A stretch of 64,000 nt of DNA from the human T2T-CHM13v2.0 reference genome, Homo sapiens. How positions within the stretch are numbered: the first letter of the stretch is position 1; each line of letters begins with the position of its first letter. Location of the stretch: the NCBI RefSeq assembly GCF_009914755.1, contig NC_060936.1, one strand, 5' to 3'. The translations under genes were made by a program, and so were the position numbers. Below the pieces are notes generated by a model that worked only from the letters and a program-made list of their open reading frames with translations, made no database searches and was not told where the DNA came from. Shown here piece by piece: positions 47,908-61,908 of the stretch.

Positions 47908-50900
47908 AGGTATAAAGTGCATTGTTTGAGACCTTTCTTTTTTCTTAATGCAGATATTCATCACTATAAACTTTTCTTTTAGCCCTACTTTTACTACATC
48001 CCATAAGTTTTGTTAGACTTTATTTTTGTTTTCATTTATTCTAATGTGTTTTTAAATTTCCCTTTTGATTTATTCTTTGCAGATTGGTTGTTCAAAAATG
48101 TATTGTTAAATTATCACATATTTATTAGTTTTCCTTTTGCAACTGATTTCTAGTTTCATTCCCTTGATGCTGTAAAAGATACTTGATATGACTTCAATTT
48201 TCTTAATTTTCTTAAGACTTCTTTTATGACCTAACATATGATCTATCCTGCAGAATGATCCATGTGCACTTGAGAAGAATGTATACTCTGCTGCTGTTGG
48301 ATGGAATGTTCTGCACATGTCTGTAGGTGACTTGACTTGCAGTGTTGATCAGGTCATCTGGGTCTTTGTTGCCTTTATGTTTGGTTGTTCTATCCATTAT
48401 TAAAAGTGAGCACTGAAATCTCCTACTGTTATTGTATTGCTATCTATTTCTCCCTTAAGTTCAGTCAATGTTTGCTTTATACCTTTAGATACTCTGATGT
48501 TGGGTGCATATATATTTAAAATTATTGTATCCTCCAATGTGAATTGACGCCTTTATCATTATGTAATATCCTTCTTTTTTTCTTGTGACAATTTTTGACT
48601 TAAAGTCTATTTTTTATAATATCAGTAAAGGCATTTTTTGTTGTCTTTTAGTTATTATTTGGCGAAGGATTTTTGCAGTCTTCTTCAACCTTCATGCTAG
48701 TCCAACTGGCTTTCTTTTTTTCTTGGTAGATTCCAGGCATCTAGAATATCCCAGGTCCTGTCAGTGCTCTGAGATAAACAGGAATAAAGCTAGCTCCTCA
48801 GGCAATCTCCAGAAAATATGGATTATCAGTTGTTTAGTTCAACTTTTTCCCCCAAGGAGAAGCTGAGAGTTAAAGGTTTTGGTCCACTCACTCCATCTTG
48901 ATCCAAGGAGTGGTTGAAACTGCCAGCTCACCCCACCATCTATGTTCTTGCTGGTCCCACGCAGCCAGGCTATGCTTGGTTCTATCAGTACACTGAGACA
49001 GGCTAGAGAGAAGCCAGTCTTAGGAGTAGCCCCTGGAAAAATTGGGGAATTGGACATGCCATCCATCATTTATTAACCAAGAGCAAAGCTGGGAGCAGGG
49101 GAGTTTCTCCCTGGTTTTTTGGCACTGTGCTGGGGGCAGGAATTAGGGAAGGAGTGTACCTTAGATTTCCCTAAGGCTTCAACATGAGTAGTTTCACCAA
49201 CAGCATTGGAGCATCTCAACTAGTTTCTTAATTTCCCACAAAGAAAATTTGTCTATGAATTTTTAGTTGAATTGGTGCATTTGTAGAGAGAAAAGAGACC
49301 AGGGCTTCCCACTCTGTCATCTTGCTAATTTTACTCCACCATTTATTTTATAATTTAAATATATAAAAATAAGATACATATTTATAATTTATGTGTATGT
49401 ATATGTATATATTTTAAATTTAATGTATATATAAAAACATTTGCTGTATTTCTAAACTGGAATACAATACAATGAAATTTAATTGCATCTTAAATGGACA
49501 AAACATTACCATGCGTAAATGGAAAAAATTGTGGCTGGAGTTACCTCATGATGGAGAGAACAAATACCACTGTACACAACGCCACCAAACATCCTGTATG
49601 AGCTATGATAACACAATCCCATATACTACTAAGTAGGCTTTCTGATATTTTCTACTCGCCAACTGAGGTTTTCTTAAATATATTCTTAGAAGTGTTTCTA
49701 GCTATGATGCACATATGTTGTAAAATCCAATGTAATATTTTTTTCATACATGGTTTTAATTGCTCCAACATTAAAATGGTTAGACTTGCATTTTTTCAGC
49801 CAACATAGGTGACAGCTGTTTGTTAAAATACTAAATAAATTACACAGACAGGCTACAAGAAAGTAAGCCTGTACATTAAGAACACAGTCACCTGAGGTTA
49901 ACATTTTAGAATTTTTATTTATTGAGAGCTTATAATAAGTCTTCCATACAACCTTTGACAGGTTTGAAGTATGAAATAGATTTCAGAGTAAGGATTTAAG
50001 AGAAAGGGCACTTTAACAAATAACAGTAGCTAAATCCTCAGTTTCTCACGTTGCAGAGATGGTTGTCTAATCCCAGATATCTCCTATCTCTCCCCCAAAC
50101 TCATAAAATTAATAAGAAAAGCAAATAAAACCACATAATACCTTATCCTTTCAACATCTCTAGGACACATAGAGTACCACAACCTTCAAATTACCTATAA
50201 ATAGAGAAAAAATATTGCAAAAGAACACTCGCTCCTGCCTACCACTGAATACCTGCGGTGCAGGATAGGGAGATTAGTCTTTAACATACTCAGAAGAGAA
50301 GACTAGAGGACATAAATGAATCACAGATACAATAAACCCTGAAAGATAAAACTTCAACAATCAATGCCAGAATACTTAACACAATTTTGGACTTGGTAGT
50401 TCATAGTACTGGGAAAAGGCTTGAAACTGAAGACCAGAAGTGGAAAACTTGGAAAGGAAAACAATGGTTTCTTGGAGAGAAGCAGAAAATAAAGGAGTGA
50501 CACTCCTTAGAAATGTGACTATCAAAGCAAATAAGTAATGTGAGGGACTTAAGAATCCTGCAGAAAGGAAAGAGAAAAAAGACATGACTATCATTTGCCC
50601 TTCCCAATCCCATCATCACCACCACCCATAGAGGACACTATGCTGAATAGGACAGAACTGACAGAAGAGGGAGCTCTCTAACTAGGTTCCTTGTCCACGA
50701 AACAGGAATAGGAAAAAACAGACCATATTTATGTGAAACCTCTTTAAAACTTCAGATAATGTAAATAAAAATATTTTTCTTTTGAAAAATCACTCACTCA
50801 AAAAAGGAAACAACCACTAAGCAGATGAAAAGTGTAATAAACACTGCAAATTGAATTAGACATTCTAACGCAATCATAAAAACAAGACCACAAATGCCAA

Positions 50901-51470
50901 AAAAATAATAAGGTTGGTATGAAACAGGAGTTGAACTGTGAGAGGTAATAGTATACCACAGTAAAATAATGAACAAAGATTTACAAGATGAATGTTAGCA
51001 ATAAGAAAGGGGTTGCAATTCTGATGCCAAAGAAGTAGACATAAAAACAGAACTAAATGAGGCAAAGAAAGATGTTGTATAATATTAAAATCTACATACT
51101 GCAATGAAGAGTACATAGTTAAGAATTTATGTAGTAATTAATACACTGATTATTTATATAAAATACAAATTACAAGAGATGCAAGAAAAAAAAAGACCAT
51201 AACATATTAATACAGGGTGATTTTAATATACCACTCTCAATATAAGGCAGAAAGTGTGGGCAAAAATAAGTTATTTTCCGGAAGATCTAAATAAGATAGT
51301 ATAGCAGATATTTTGAATACATATTGATCACTATGCACTGATAATATAAAATATATTTTTTTCCAAATGCACCTGAAACATTCACAAAAATTGAACAAAT
51401 AAAGCTCATGAGAAAAGTAAAACTGTATGGCTATCTCCTTAACTAGAAAAAAATATACGTCTACACACAT

Positions 51471-51585
51471 ACAGTCAACCTTGAACAATGTGGGCATTAG
51501 GACCACTGACCTCCTCTGCAGTTGACAATCCATATATAACTTTTGACTCCCTAAAAACTTAACAACTAATAAACTATTTTTGACA
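51471..51585 (+). mobile_element. MER8/Tigger2-family fragment
   Basis: cagtcaaccttgaacaa...ataacttttgactccc.aaaaacttaac. Confidence 0.65.
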
Positions 51586-51788
51586 CCATCATTTTGTTTC
51601 TAGTTCTACATTTCAATCAAAATGATTAAAACAAATAAAACCAAACTTGTTTACAAATATACGAAGAGTCACTGTGGAGGGAAAAGCTCTTTAATTTATT
51701 TCTCAAGATATAGATCCAACAGGACTGCAAAGTGGAACAGTTCTCAGAAGCCTGATTCAGGAAGATGTACCCGGGTTTTGGCACCAAA

Positions 51789-52243
51789 TTTCACACGCGT
51801 CCGTGTGAAGAGACCACCAAACAGGCTTTGTGTGAGCAACATGGCCGTTTATTTCACCTGGGTGCAGGCGGGCTGAGTCTGAAAAGAGAGTCAGCAAAGG
51901 GAGATAAGGGTGGGGCCGTTTTATAGGATTTGGGTAGGTAAAGGAAAATTACAGTCAAAGGGGGTTTGTTCTCTGGCGGGCAGGAGTGGGGGGGTTGCAA
52001 GGTGTTCAGTGGGGGTGCTTTTTGAGCCAGGATGAGCCAGGAAAAGGACTTTCACAAGGTAATGTCATCAGTTAAGGCAAGGACCAGCCATTTACACTTC
52101 TTTTGTGGTGGAATGTCATCAGTTAAGGTGGGGCAGGGCATATTCACTTCTTTTGTGATTCTTCAGTTACTTCAGGCCATCTAGGCGTACATGTGCAAGT
52201 CACAGGGGATGCGATGGCTTGGCTTGGGCTCAGAGGCCTGACA
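51789..52243 (-). mobile_element. HERV-H 3' LTR (LTR7)
   Basis: 455 bp, about 96% identical to 57007-57459 by manual count; preceded by AAGAAGGCAGGAA polypurine tract. Confidence 0.95.
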
Positions 52244-54163
52244 TTCCTGCCTTCTTATATTAATAGAAAAATAAAACAAAATAGTGTTGAAGTGTTGGGG
52301 CAGTGAAAATTTTTGGGGGTTGGTATGGAGAGAGAATGGGCGATGTTTCTCAGGGCTGCTTCAAGTGGGATTAGGGGTGGCGTGGGAACCTAGAGTGGGA
52401 GAGATTAAGCTGAAGGGAGGTCTTGTGGTAAGGGGTGATATTGTGGGGATGTTAGAAGAAACATTTGTCGTATAGAATGATTGGTGATGGCCTAAATACG
52501 GTTTTGGATGAATTGAGAAACTAAATGGAATAACAGAAGGAGAAAAACAGGTATAAAAGATCTAAGAATTGGGACGACTCAGGATATCCGATTAGAGAGT
52601 GCCTAAGGAGATTCAGAATAGTCCTGCCAGCAAAGATTATTTATTTACTTCAAGAGTTAAGAGTGGCAGTTTGGGGATAGCACCAGGAGATATCAGCTGT
52701 GATGGCTTGGAGAAACAGTGCAAACCAGCAGTGTAAACAAGAGCAGGGCATGTATGAGTAGTTGAGAACGGTGAATAGGAGTATGACTAGACAGAAGATA
52801 GTAGGGATGACAAGTTTTTTGGGGCACAGTCTAAGTTGGTCTAGTGTCTGGAATGAGACTGGGGCCTAATAAAAAGGAGCGTCTATACAGGAGCTTAAAT
52901 GGGTTGTACCTTGTAGCATTCTGAGGACAGGCCTGAATTCTGAGAAGGGAAAGTGGTTAAAGTATTGTCCAGTCCTTTTTAAGTTGGTAATATAAGTGAT
53001 ATAAAGGTTTCACTGAATACTAACAGCCTGAAAAACTGCTTGGCTGATTTGACTAATAAAGGCTCGTCTGTTATCAGACTGTATTGAGGTGGGAAGGCTA
53101 AACTGAGGAATTATGTCTGACAGAAGGGAAGAAATGACTGCGGTGGCCTTCTCAGACCCTGTAGGAAAGGCCTCTACCTATCCAGTGAAAGTATCTACCT
53201 AGACTAAGAGGCATTTTAGTTATCTTACTCAGGGCATGTTGAGTAAAGTTAATTTGCGAGTCCTGGGTGGGGGTAAATCCTCAAGCTTGATGTATAGGGA
53301 AGGGGGGGGGGGGCCTGAATAATCCCTGAGGAGTAGTAGAATAGCAGATGGAACACTGAGAAGTTATTTCCTTGAGGATAGATTTCCACGATGGAAAGGA
53401 AATGAGAGGTTCTAAGAGGCGGGCTAGTGGCTTGTACTATAGTATAACCTGCCTTCGCTGGTGTGTGGCGATTAGGCCTGGTGGAACTGCCATCAATAAA
53501 TCAAGCGTGATCAGGGTGAGGAACGGGAAAGAAGGAAATTTGGGGAAATGGGGTGAATGTCAGGTGGATCAGAGAGATACAGTCATGGGGGTCAGGTGTG
53601 GTCTCAGGAATAATGTGGGAGGCTGGATTGAAGTCTGGGCCAGGAACAACGGTAATTGTGGGAGACTCAACAAAGAGTGAGTACAGCTGAAGGAGCCGGG
53701 GAGCAGAAAGTATATGCGTCAGGTATGAGGAAGAAAATAGATTTTGGAAGTTATGAGAACTGTAGAGAGTGAGTTGAGCATAGTTTGTGATTTTGAGGGC
53801 CTCTAAAAGTATTAAAGCAGCGGCAGCCGCTGCATGCAGACATGAGGGCTAGGCTAAAACAGTAAGGTCAAGTTGTTTGCACAGAAAGGCTACAGGGTGT
53901 GGTCCTGGCTCTTGTGTAAGAATTCTGACCTCACTAACTATGCCTAGGAAGGAAAGGAGTTGTTTTGTAAGGGATTGAAGTTTGGGAGATTAATGGGACA
54001 CAATCAGCTGGGAGAGCACGTGTGTTTTTATGAGAATTATGCCGAGATAGGTAACAGATGAGGATGAAATTTGGGCTTGACTGAAGTAATGGGGGCTGTC
54101 TACTAAGCCTTGCAGCAGTACAGCCTAGGTAATTTGCTGAGCCTAATGGGTGTCAGGGTCAGT

Positions 54164-54556
54164 CTAAGTGAAAGCGAAGAGAGGCTGGGACGAGAGGTGC
54201 AGGGGAATAGTGAAAAAAGCATCTTTAAGATCAAGCACGGAACAGTGAGTTGTGGAGGAAGGTATTGAGGACAAAAGAGTGTACGGGTTGGGCACTGCAG
54301 GGTGGATAGGCAAAACAATTTGGTTGCTAAGGCGCAGATCCTGAACTAACTTGTAAGGCTTGTCTGGTTTTAGGACAGGTAAAATGGGGGAATTGTAAGG
54401 AGAGTTTATAGGCTTTAAAAGGCTATGCTGTAGCAGGCGAGTGATAACAGGCTTTAATCTTTTTAAAGCGTGCTGCGGGATGGGATATTGGCGTTGAGTG
54501 GGGTAAGGGTGATTAGGTTTTAATGAGATGGTAAGGGGTGCATGATCGGTCACCAA
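54164..54556 (-). pseudogene. HERV-H pol fragment, N-terminal reverse transcriptase
   Basis: SPYNSPILPVLKPDKPYKLVQDLR and VLDLKDAFFTIPL motifs; stops before YxDD. Confidence 0.9.
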
Positions 54557-54709
54557 GGAGGGAGTAGAGGTATCTTATACTTGTGGGTTAAGGTGGGGGG
54601 ATACAAGAGGAGGACGCAAAGGAGGCTTTGGATTGGGAAGAAGGGCGGCAATGAGATATAGCTGTAATCCAGGAGTAGTCAGGGAAGCAGATAATTTAGT
54701 TAAAGTGTC

Positions 54710-54934
54710 TCAGCCTAATAAGGGAACTGGGCAGGTGGGGATAACTAAAAAGGAGTGCTTGAAAGAGTATTGTCTAAGTTGGCACCAGAGTTGGGGAGTT
54801 TTAAGAGGTTTAGAAGCCTGGCCATCAGTACTTACAACAGTTATGGAGGCAAGGGAAACAGGCCCTTGAAAAGAAGGTAATGTGGAGTGGGTAACCTCTG
54901 TATTGATTAAGAAGGGGACGGGCTTACCTTCCAC
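54710..54934 (-). pseudogene. HERV-H protease remnant
   Basis: FLINTEVTHSTL in place of the catalytic FLxDTGA; PTCPVPLLG motif. Confidence 0.85.
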
Positions 54935-55114
54935 TGTGAGAGTTACCGGAAGCTCGGCGTCCGTGATGGTCTAGGGGGCTTCCGAGGCGATCCGGCAGCG
55001 TCAGTCTTCAGCTGCTAAGCTGAGAAAATCTGGGAAGGAGTCAGTCAGAGAGCCTTGGGCCAGAGTTCCAGGGGCTCTGGGAGTGGCTGCCAGGTGAGTT
55101 GAACAGTCCGATTT

Positions 55115-56327
55115 TCAGTGGTGTCCTACACAGATGGGACGTGGCTTAGGAGGAATCCCAGGCTGCAGGCATTCCTTGGCCCAGTGGCCAGATTTCCAGC
55201 ATGTGTAGCAAGCTCCTGGGGGAGGAGGTTCTGGAGGAATGCCTGGCTGCTGCGTTTCAGACGTTTGGAAGTTCTTGTGTGCTGGAGATGTGGCTGGGGT
55301 TTGTCTCACAGTGGAGGCAAAGAATTGCAACTTTTTTCTGTTATTGTACACCTTGAAGGTGAGGTTAATGAAGTCCTGTTGTGGGGTTTGAGGGCCAGAT
55401 TCCAATTTTTGGAGTTTTATTTAATGTCAGGAGCAGATTGGGTAATAAAATGTATATTGAGAATAAGACGGCCTTTTGACCTTTTAGGGTCTAGGGCTGT
55501 AAAGTGTCCCAGGGTTGCTGCCGAACGAGCCATGAACTGGGCTGGATTTTTATATTTGATGAAAAAGAGCCTAAACACTTCTGATTTGGGAGAAAGAAAA
55601 AGGAGCGTTAACCTTGATTATGTCTTTAGCTCCAGGAACCTTTTTAAGAGTAAATTGCTGGGCAGGTGGGGGAGGGCTAGTCAAGGAAAGAAACTGTAAG
55701 CCGGACCAGGTGTGAGGAGGGGAGGTGATAAAAGGATTATAGGGTGGAGGAGCAGAGGCTGAGGAAGAACTGGGACCTAGCTCAGCCTGGCGAGGAGCAG
55801 CCTGGGGAGGAGGGGAGAGGTCAGATGGGTCTGTAGAAAAGGAAGATTAGAAAGACTCAGCGACGCTTGGGGTTGGTACTGACGGGACAGGCGGGAGGGA
55901 AAGAAGGAAGATTTGGGACGAGTTGCACTGGGCACAGAGACTAGGGAGGGACTGATGTGTAAAAGAATGCCTGGATGTCAGGCATCTCAGACCGTTTGCC
56001 TATTTTACGACAAGAATTATTTAGATTTTGCAGGATGGAAAAATTCAAAGTGCCATTTTCTGGCTATTTGGAACTACTGTCGAGTTTGTATTGGGGTCAA
56101 GCGGCATTGCAGAAGAAAATAAGGCATTTAGGTTTTAGGTCAGGTGTGAGTTGAAGAGGTTTTAAGTTTTTGAGAACACAGGCCAAGGGAGTAGAAGGAG
56201 GAATGGAGGGTGGAAGGTTGCCCATAGTGAAGGAAGCAAGCCTAGAGAAAAGAGAGAGTAGAGAAATGGAGGGAAGGGGTTCGGGGGTTCTTACCTTCCA
56301 GAAAAGTGGGAAAAGGGGTTGGGGCAC
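55115..56327 (-). pseudogene. HERV-H gag remnants
   Basis: MGNLPPSIPPSTPLACVLKNL N-terminus and [14 protein letters not shown] zinc knuckle in separate broken frames. Confidence 0.85.
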
Positions 56328-56986
56328 AGAGATAAGAGGTTGGGGTGCGGAAATAAGGGATTGGGGTGCAGAGATATAAGAGGTTGGGGCACGGAAATAA
56401 GGGATTGGGGGTTCTTACCCCATAGAAAAGCGGGACTTGCCGCTAAGGGTGAAGGAGAAGGGGTTGAGGGGTACTTGCCCCTGTCCCAGAAAAGCAGAGA
56501 AGGGGTAGAGACAAGGAGAGAAGGGGTTGGGGTACTTGCCCCTTCCCCAGAAAAGCGGGACTTGCTGCTAAGGGTGAAGGACCAAGGCAGGTGTCCCTGT
56601 GTGGTCTGACACCCTTGAAACGTGAGTGTATAATCAGAGAGGTGTCCCTGCAATGATTAAACACCAAGGGAAGGCTGCCTTCCCAGTCCGTGACCGGCGC
56701 AGGAGTTTTGGGTCCATGGATAAAATGTGTCTCCTTTGTCTTTCCCAGAAAATGAAAGGAATAGAAATTAAGAAAAGGGAGAGATTGAAGAGTGGAAAGG
56801 AGAAAGTGGTTGAGGGACAGTGAGAGAGGTTGGAGAAGAGAGTAAGAAGAGGACACTTACCTGATTTAAAATTGGTGAGATGTTCCTTGGGCTGGTCGGT
56901 CTGAGGACCTGAGGTCATAGGTGGATCTTTCTCACGGAGCAAAGAACAGGAGTACAGGGGATTGATCTCCCAAGGGAGGTCCCCCG

Positions 56987-57004
56987 ATCCGAGTCACGGC
57001 ACCA
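56987..57004 (-). promoter_or_regulatory. tRNA-His primer binding site
   Basis: TGGTGCCGTGACTCGGAT, 18 nt, two bases after the 5' LTR. Confidence 0.93.
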
Positions 57005-57006
57005 AA

Positions 57007-57459
57007 TTTCATGCGCGTCTGTATGAAGAGACCACCAAACAGGCTTTGTGTGAGCAACATGGCTGTTTATTTCACCTGGGTGCAGGCGGGCTGAGTCCGA
57101 AAAGAGTCAGGAAAGGGAGATAAGGGTGGGGCCGTTTTATAGGATTTGGGTAGGTAAAGGAAAATTGCAGTCAAAGGGGGTTTGTTCTCTGGCGGGCAGG
57201 AGTGGGGGGGTCGCAAGGTGCTCAGTGGGGGTGATTTTTGAGCCAAGATGAGCCAGGAAAAGGACTTTCACAAGGTAATGTCATCAGTTAAGGCAAGGAC
57301 CGGCCATTTACACTTCTTTTGTGGTGGAATGTCATCAGTTAAGGTGGGGCAGGGCATATTCACTTCTTTTGTGATTCTTCAGTTGCTTCAGGCCATCTGG
57401 GCGTATATGTGCAAGTCACAGGGGATGCGATGGCTTGGCTTAGGCTCAGAGGCCTGACA
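57007..57459 (-). mobile_element. HERV-H 5' LTR (LTR7)
   Basis: 453 bp; two copies of the TTAACTGATGACATT repeat, TATAAAA and AATAAA on - strand; followed by PBS. Confidence 0.95.
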
Positions 57460-58159
57460 CAAGTTATATGATGAAAGATGCAAATTAGAAAATATCAGCC
57501 AAAATGTTTGAACACTGACTTAGCATGTTTATGCACTATATTTCTCGCATATATGCAAAGTTTTGGCTTAACTGTTTCCAGAGCAATATACTTTAAATTT
57601 TAAAATACACTCCTTATAAAAATGAGGTACTTATAATGCTTAACATTAAAATATATCCCTAAATACTAAAGAACTTATCATCAAAATCTGTCCCACCTGT
57701 CCCATCTCCCCATCCTTCTCTCTTGAGATTTCATTTGCTCCAGAGGTTTTCTGTGATAGAACCAGAGTTCTCATTCTATATTTGACCACACCAAAGTATA
57801 GGTAAAGGTGAGGGTGATCCATTTCACATCACCACCCTATCAGATGTCCAGAGATCCATTTGCCTTTTTGCGGTCTTATGAACAGTTGTATGGGGAGTGG
57901 TGATCCAGATGGTCTCAAATAGGATGGTGGTGTCTGCTGTCAAAAGGAAGTCCACATCAGAAGCTGCCTTCCCCTAAGAAGGAGCACGTTTTTCTCACTC
58001 AACTAGAGCCTGAGCTGTGCTTCTTTGGAGGTTCCTGTTGCCCCTTCAGCTCTCACATCACTTCAGGGCACTGATAGCAGAAGATGCTGGCTTGAGTAGA
58101 GGTTAGTGGTGGCCCAAGGCAGAGCAGCTTTTTTTTTTCATGGTTTGGCCCCTTCCTTC

Positions 58160-58484
<325 letters not shown>

Positions 58485-59265
58485 TAACAGAGGCCTTTCT
58501 GATTTCTCTCTTTTTCTCGATACTTCCTCCCTGACCCTTGCCTGCATTCCTGGGAATTTATTTCTAGTCTTTGGGAAGGGGAAGACCACTTTTATATACA
58601 AGATTTTCTTTAAAAAAATCCTTTTTGTTTGTGGCATGATATTTCTTCTCTGAGTAGAGACCTTTTTCTTTTTTCTTTTTCTTTTATGCTTTTACTATGA
58701 AATTAGAAAATTAACATGGAATAATCTAGCTGAGTGAACAGCAATGTATTGGAAGCATAGAGGCATAAGGAAAACACACACAAATAAGTGTAAGTTTATT
58801 CTTCCAAAATAAAATCCTGCTACATCTACATGCTCCTAAATAGTATACCATTTCTGCCATTTTTAAATTTATGGAACTGCTTTTTATTCTAATTAGAGCT
58901 TAGAAGTCAATTCATACACATCAGGACTATCAACTCTTCCCCTCTTATGAATTTCCTCATTTTTTAAACTTGAGAGATAACACAAATAAAGTGCACAAAT
59001 TATAAGTACTTGATGAATTTTTTATTCATGCATACACCCATACAGTTATTAACCAGTTTGAGATACAGACTGTTCCTAGAACCAACAAAGCCTCCTTCAT
59101 GCCTCGTGTCTATTAATAATTATTCTTTTAGCCTTAAGAAAACCACTATTCTGATGTCTAACTTTGTAAATCATTTTTGCCTCTTTGTGGACATCATGTA
59201 AATGAAATAATGAAGTACATATTCTTTGCATCTGCATCCTTTCTCTCAGCTTAAAGTCTGTGATA

Positions 59266-60365
59266 CTTTTTTAAATTTTATTTTAAAGTCAGGGGTACAT
59301 GTGCAGAATGTGCATGTTTGCTACAGAGGCAAACATGTGCCATGGTGGTTTGCTGCACAGATCATCCCATCACCTAGGTATCAAGGCCAGAATCCCTTAG
59401 ACATTTTCCCTGATACTCTCCCTCCTCCCCACCCACCCTCTGACAGGCCCCAAGGTATGTTGTTCCCCACCATGTGTCCATGTGTTCTCATCATTCAGCT
59501 CCGTCTTATAAGTGAGACCATGCGGTGTTTTGTTTTCTGTTCCTGCATTAGTTTGCCGAGGATAATGGCCTCCAGCTCCATCATGTCCCTGCGAAGGACA
59601 CGATCTTGTTTCTTTTTATGGCTGCATTGTATTCCATGGTATATATGTACCACATTTTCTTTATCCAGTCTCTCACTGATGGGCATTTAGGTTGATTCCA
59701 TATGTCTGTTATTGTGAATAGTATTTCAGTGAACTTACATGTGCATGTATCTTCATAATGGAATGATTTACATTCCTTTGGATATATACCCAGTAATGGG
59801 ATTTCTGGGTCAAATGGTATTTCTGCCTCTAGGTCTTTGAGGAGTCACTACACTGTTTTCCACAATGGTTGAACTAATTTACATTCCCATCAACAGTGTA
59901 AAAGCGTTTCTTTTTCTCCACAACTTTGCCAGCATCTGTTGTTTTTTTGACTTTTTAACAATAGCCATTCTGACTGGTGTGAGATAATATCTTGTGGTTT
60001 TGCTTTGCATTCTTCTAATGATCAGTGATGTTGAGCTTTTTTTCATATGTTTGTTGGCCGCATGTAAGTCTTCTTTTGAGAAATGTCTGTTCATATCCTT
60101 TTCCCACTTTTTAATGGGGTTGTTTCTTTCCTGTAAATTTGTTTAAGTTCTGTGTAGATGCTGGACATTAGACGATGGTCAGATAGTTGGATTGCAAAAC
60201 TATTCTCCCATTCCATAGGTTATCTGTTCACTCTGATAATAGTTTCCTTTGCTGTGCAGAAGCTCTTTAGTTTAATCAGGTTTGTCATTTTTTTGTGTCA
60301 ATTTTTGGTTTTGTCACAATTGCTTTTGACATCTTCATCATGAAGTCTTTGCTCATGCCTATGTG
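59266..60365 (-). mobile_element. 5'-truncated L1PA, about 1.1 kb
   Basis: ORF2 remnant [19 protein letters not shown]; TSD tgtgatactttt. Confidence 0.9.
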
Positions 60366-60681
60366 TGATACTTTTTATTACCAGTAGAATTCCATTATAT
60401 GAATATACAACAATTTGCTTCTATTGTTCTACTCGTGATGGCCACTTTTGTTATTACCTATTTTTTAATATTATGAATAAAACTTCTCTAAACATTTTTA
60501 TTTTTCTTGTACATGTACGCTTTTAGTGGATATGTATCCTCATTTCCCTTACATGCATATTGAAAAAATAAATTTCTAAGTCATAGTGGAGGCATGTATT
60601 TAGATCTAGAAGGTAATCCCAAACAGTTTTCCAAAGTGCTGGGAAAAATGTATAATTTTACCAGTGGTTTTATATGACTCT

Positions 60682-61166
60682 CTGTTGCAGAAACCAGCCA
60701 AATTGTCCCACAAAACTGATGTTTATTGTTTCTTTTAAACAAACATAGAAATTGACCCTCTCAGTCTTAAAACTTGAGAAACCTACATTTGTCTAATCTG
60801 AGTTTCCTTCCTAGGAAACCAACCATCAGACCTCCCAGAAAGTATCAAGGAACTGAAACTTACCAGATCACCACATCTGGACTATGAGAGCCAGACACCT
60901 AACCCATCATAGTTGCCTAACCAACCACCTGCTTCCTGTTGACCAACTCCTCTTCCTTACCCCTCCCTAATTCCTATTTTCCCACATACAGTTACATTTT
61001 TTTTTTCCTGCTACATAAACCTCTAATTTTAGTCAATTGAGGAGATGAATTTGAGACTGACTTCCCATCTCCTCAGCTGCGGCACCCAAATAAACCCTTC
61101 TTCTCTGGCAACACTTGTCTCAGTGGTTTGCTTTCTGTGCAGTAAGCAATGGCTGTTTCAGTAACA
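60682..61166 (+). mobile_element. MER4-group ERV1 LTR
   Basis: catagaaattgaccctc...aggaactgaaacttaccagatcac signature; ends gtaaca. Confidence 0.65.
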
Positions 61167-61515
61167 TTGCCTGCTTCCTTGCCAACACTTCTATTGTTGA
61201 TCTTTTTTTTTTTTAAGCTTCACATATTTTGGGCCATATTATACATTGGCATATAATTGTAGCTTAAATCTGAATTCTCTTATGATTAATGGCACCTATA
61301 ACTTTTTGGTCATTTGGATGTCCTCTTCTGTATAATGTCTGTTAAGCCTTTGGCTACCATTTATTAATTATATATATTTGCATACATATAATATACATAT
61401 ATTTTCTAAGTTTTTTGCGTGTGTAAATTACCTTGTATTTTGCATACATACACACAGACTGGATTTTATATTGAAATTGTATGGAAGCTATATTTCTAGA
61501 TTCTACATGTATTAG

Positions 61516-61908
<393 letters not shown>

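Larger units (their letters stand above)
51789..57459 (-). mobile_element. HERV-H provirus, common deleted ~5.7 kb form, two LTR7
   Basis: Paired LTRs starting TGTCAGGCCTCTGAGCC, His PBS, polypurine tract at 52244-52256, degenerate gag/pro/pol fragments. Confidence 0.96.

Noticed and set aside
55118-55699. Longest ORF in the track (193 aa, + strand)
   Set aside because: Antisense to HERV-H gag; no recognisable domain
51770-57004. tRNA-like sequences at 51770-51786 and 56987-57004 as tRNA genes
   Set aside because: Only 17-18 nt including CCA; no cloverleaf or A/B boxes
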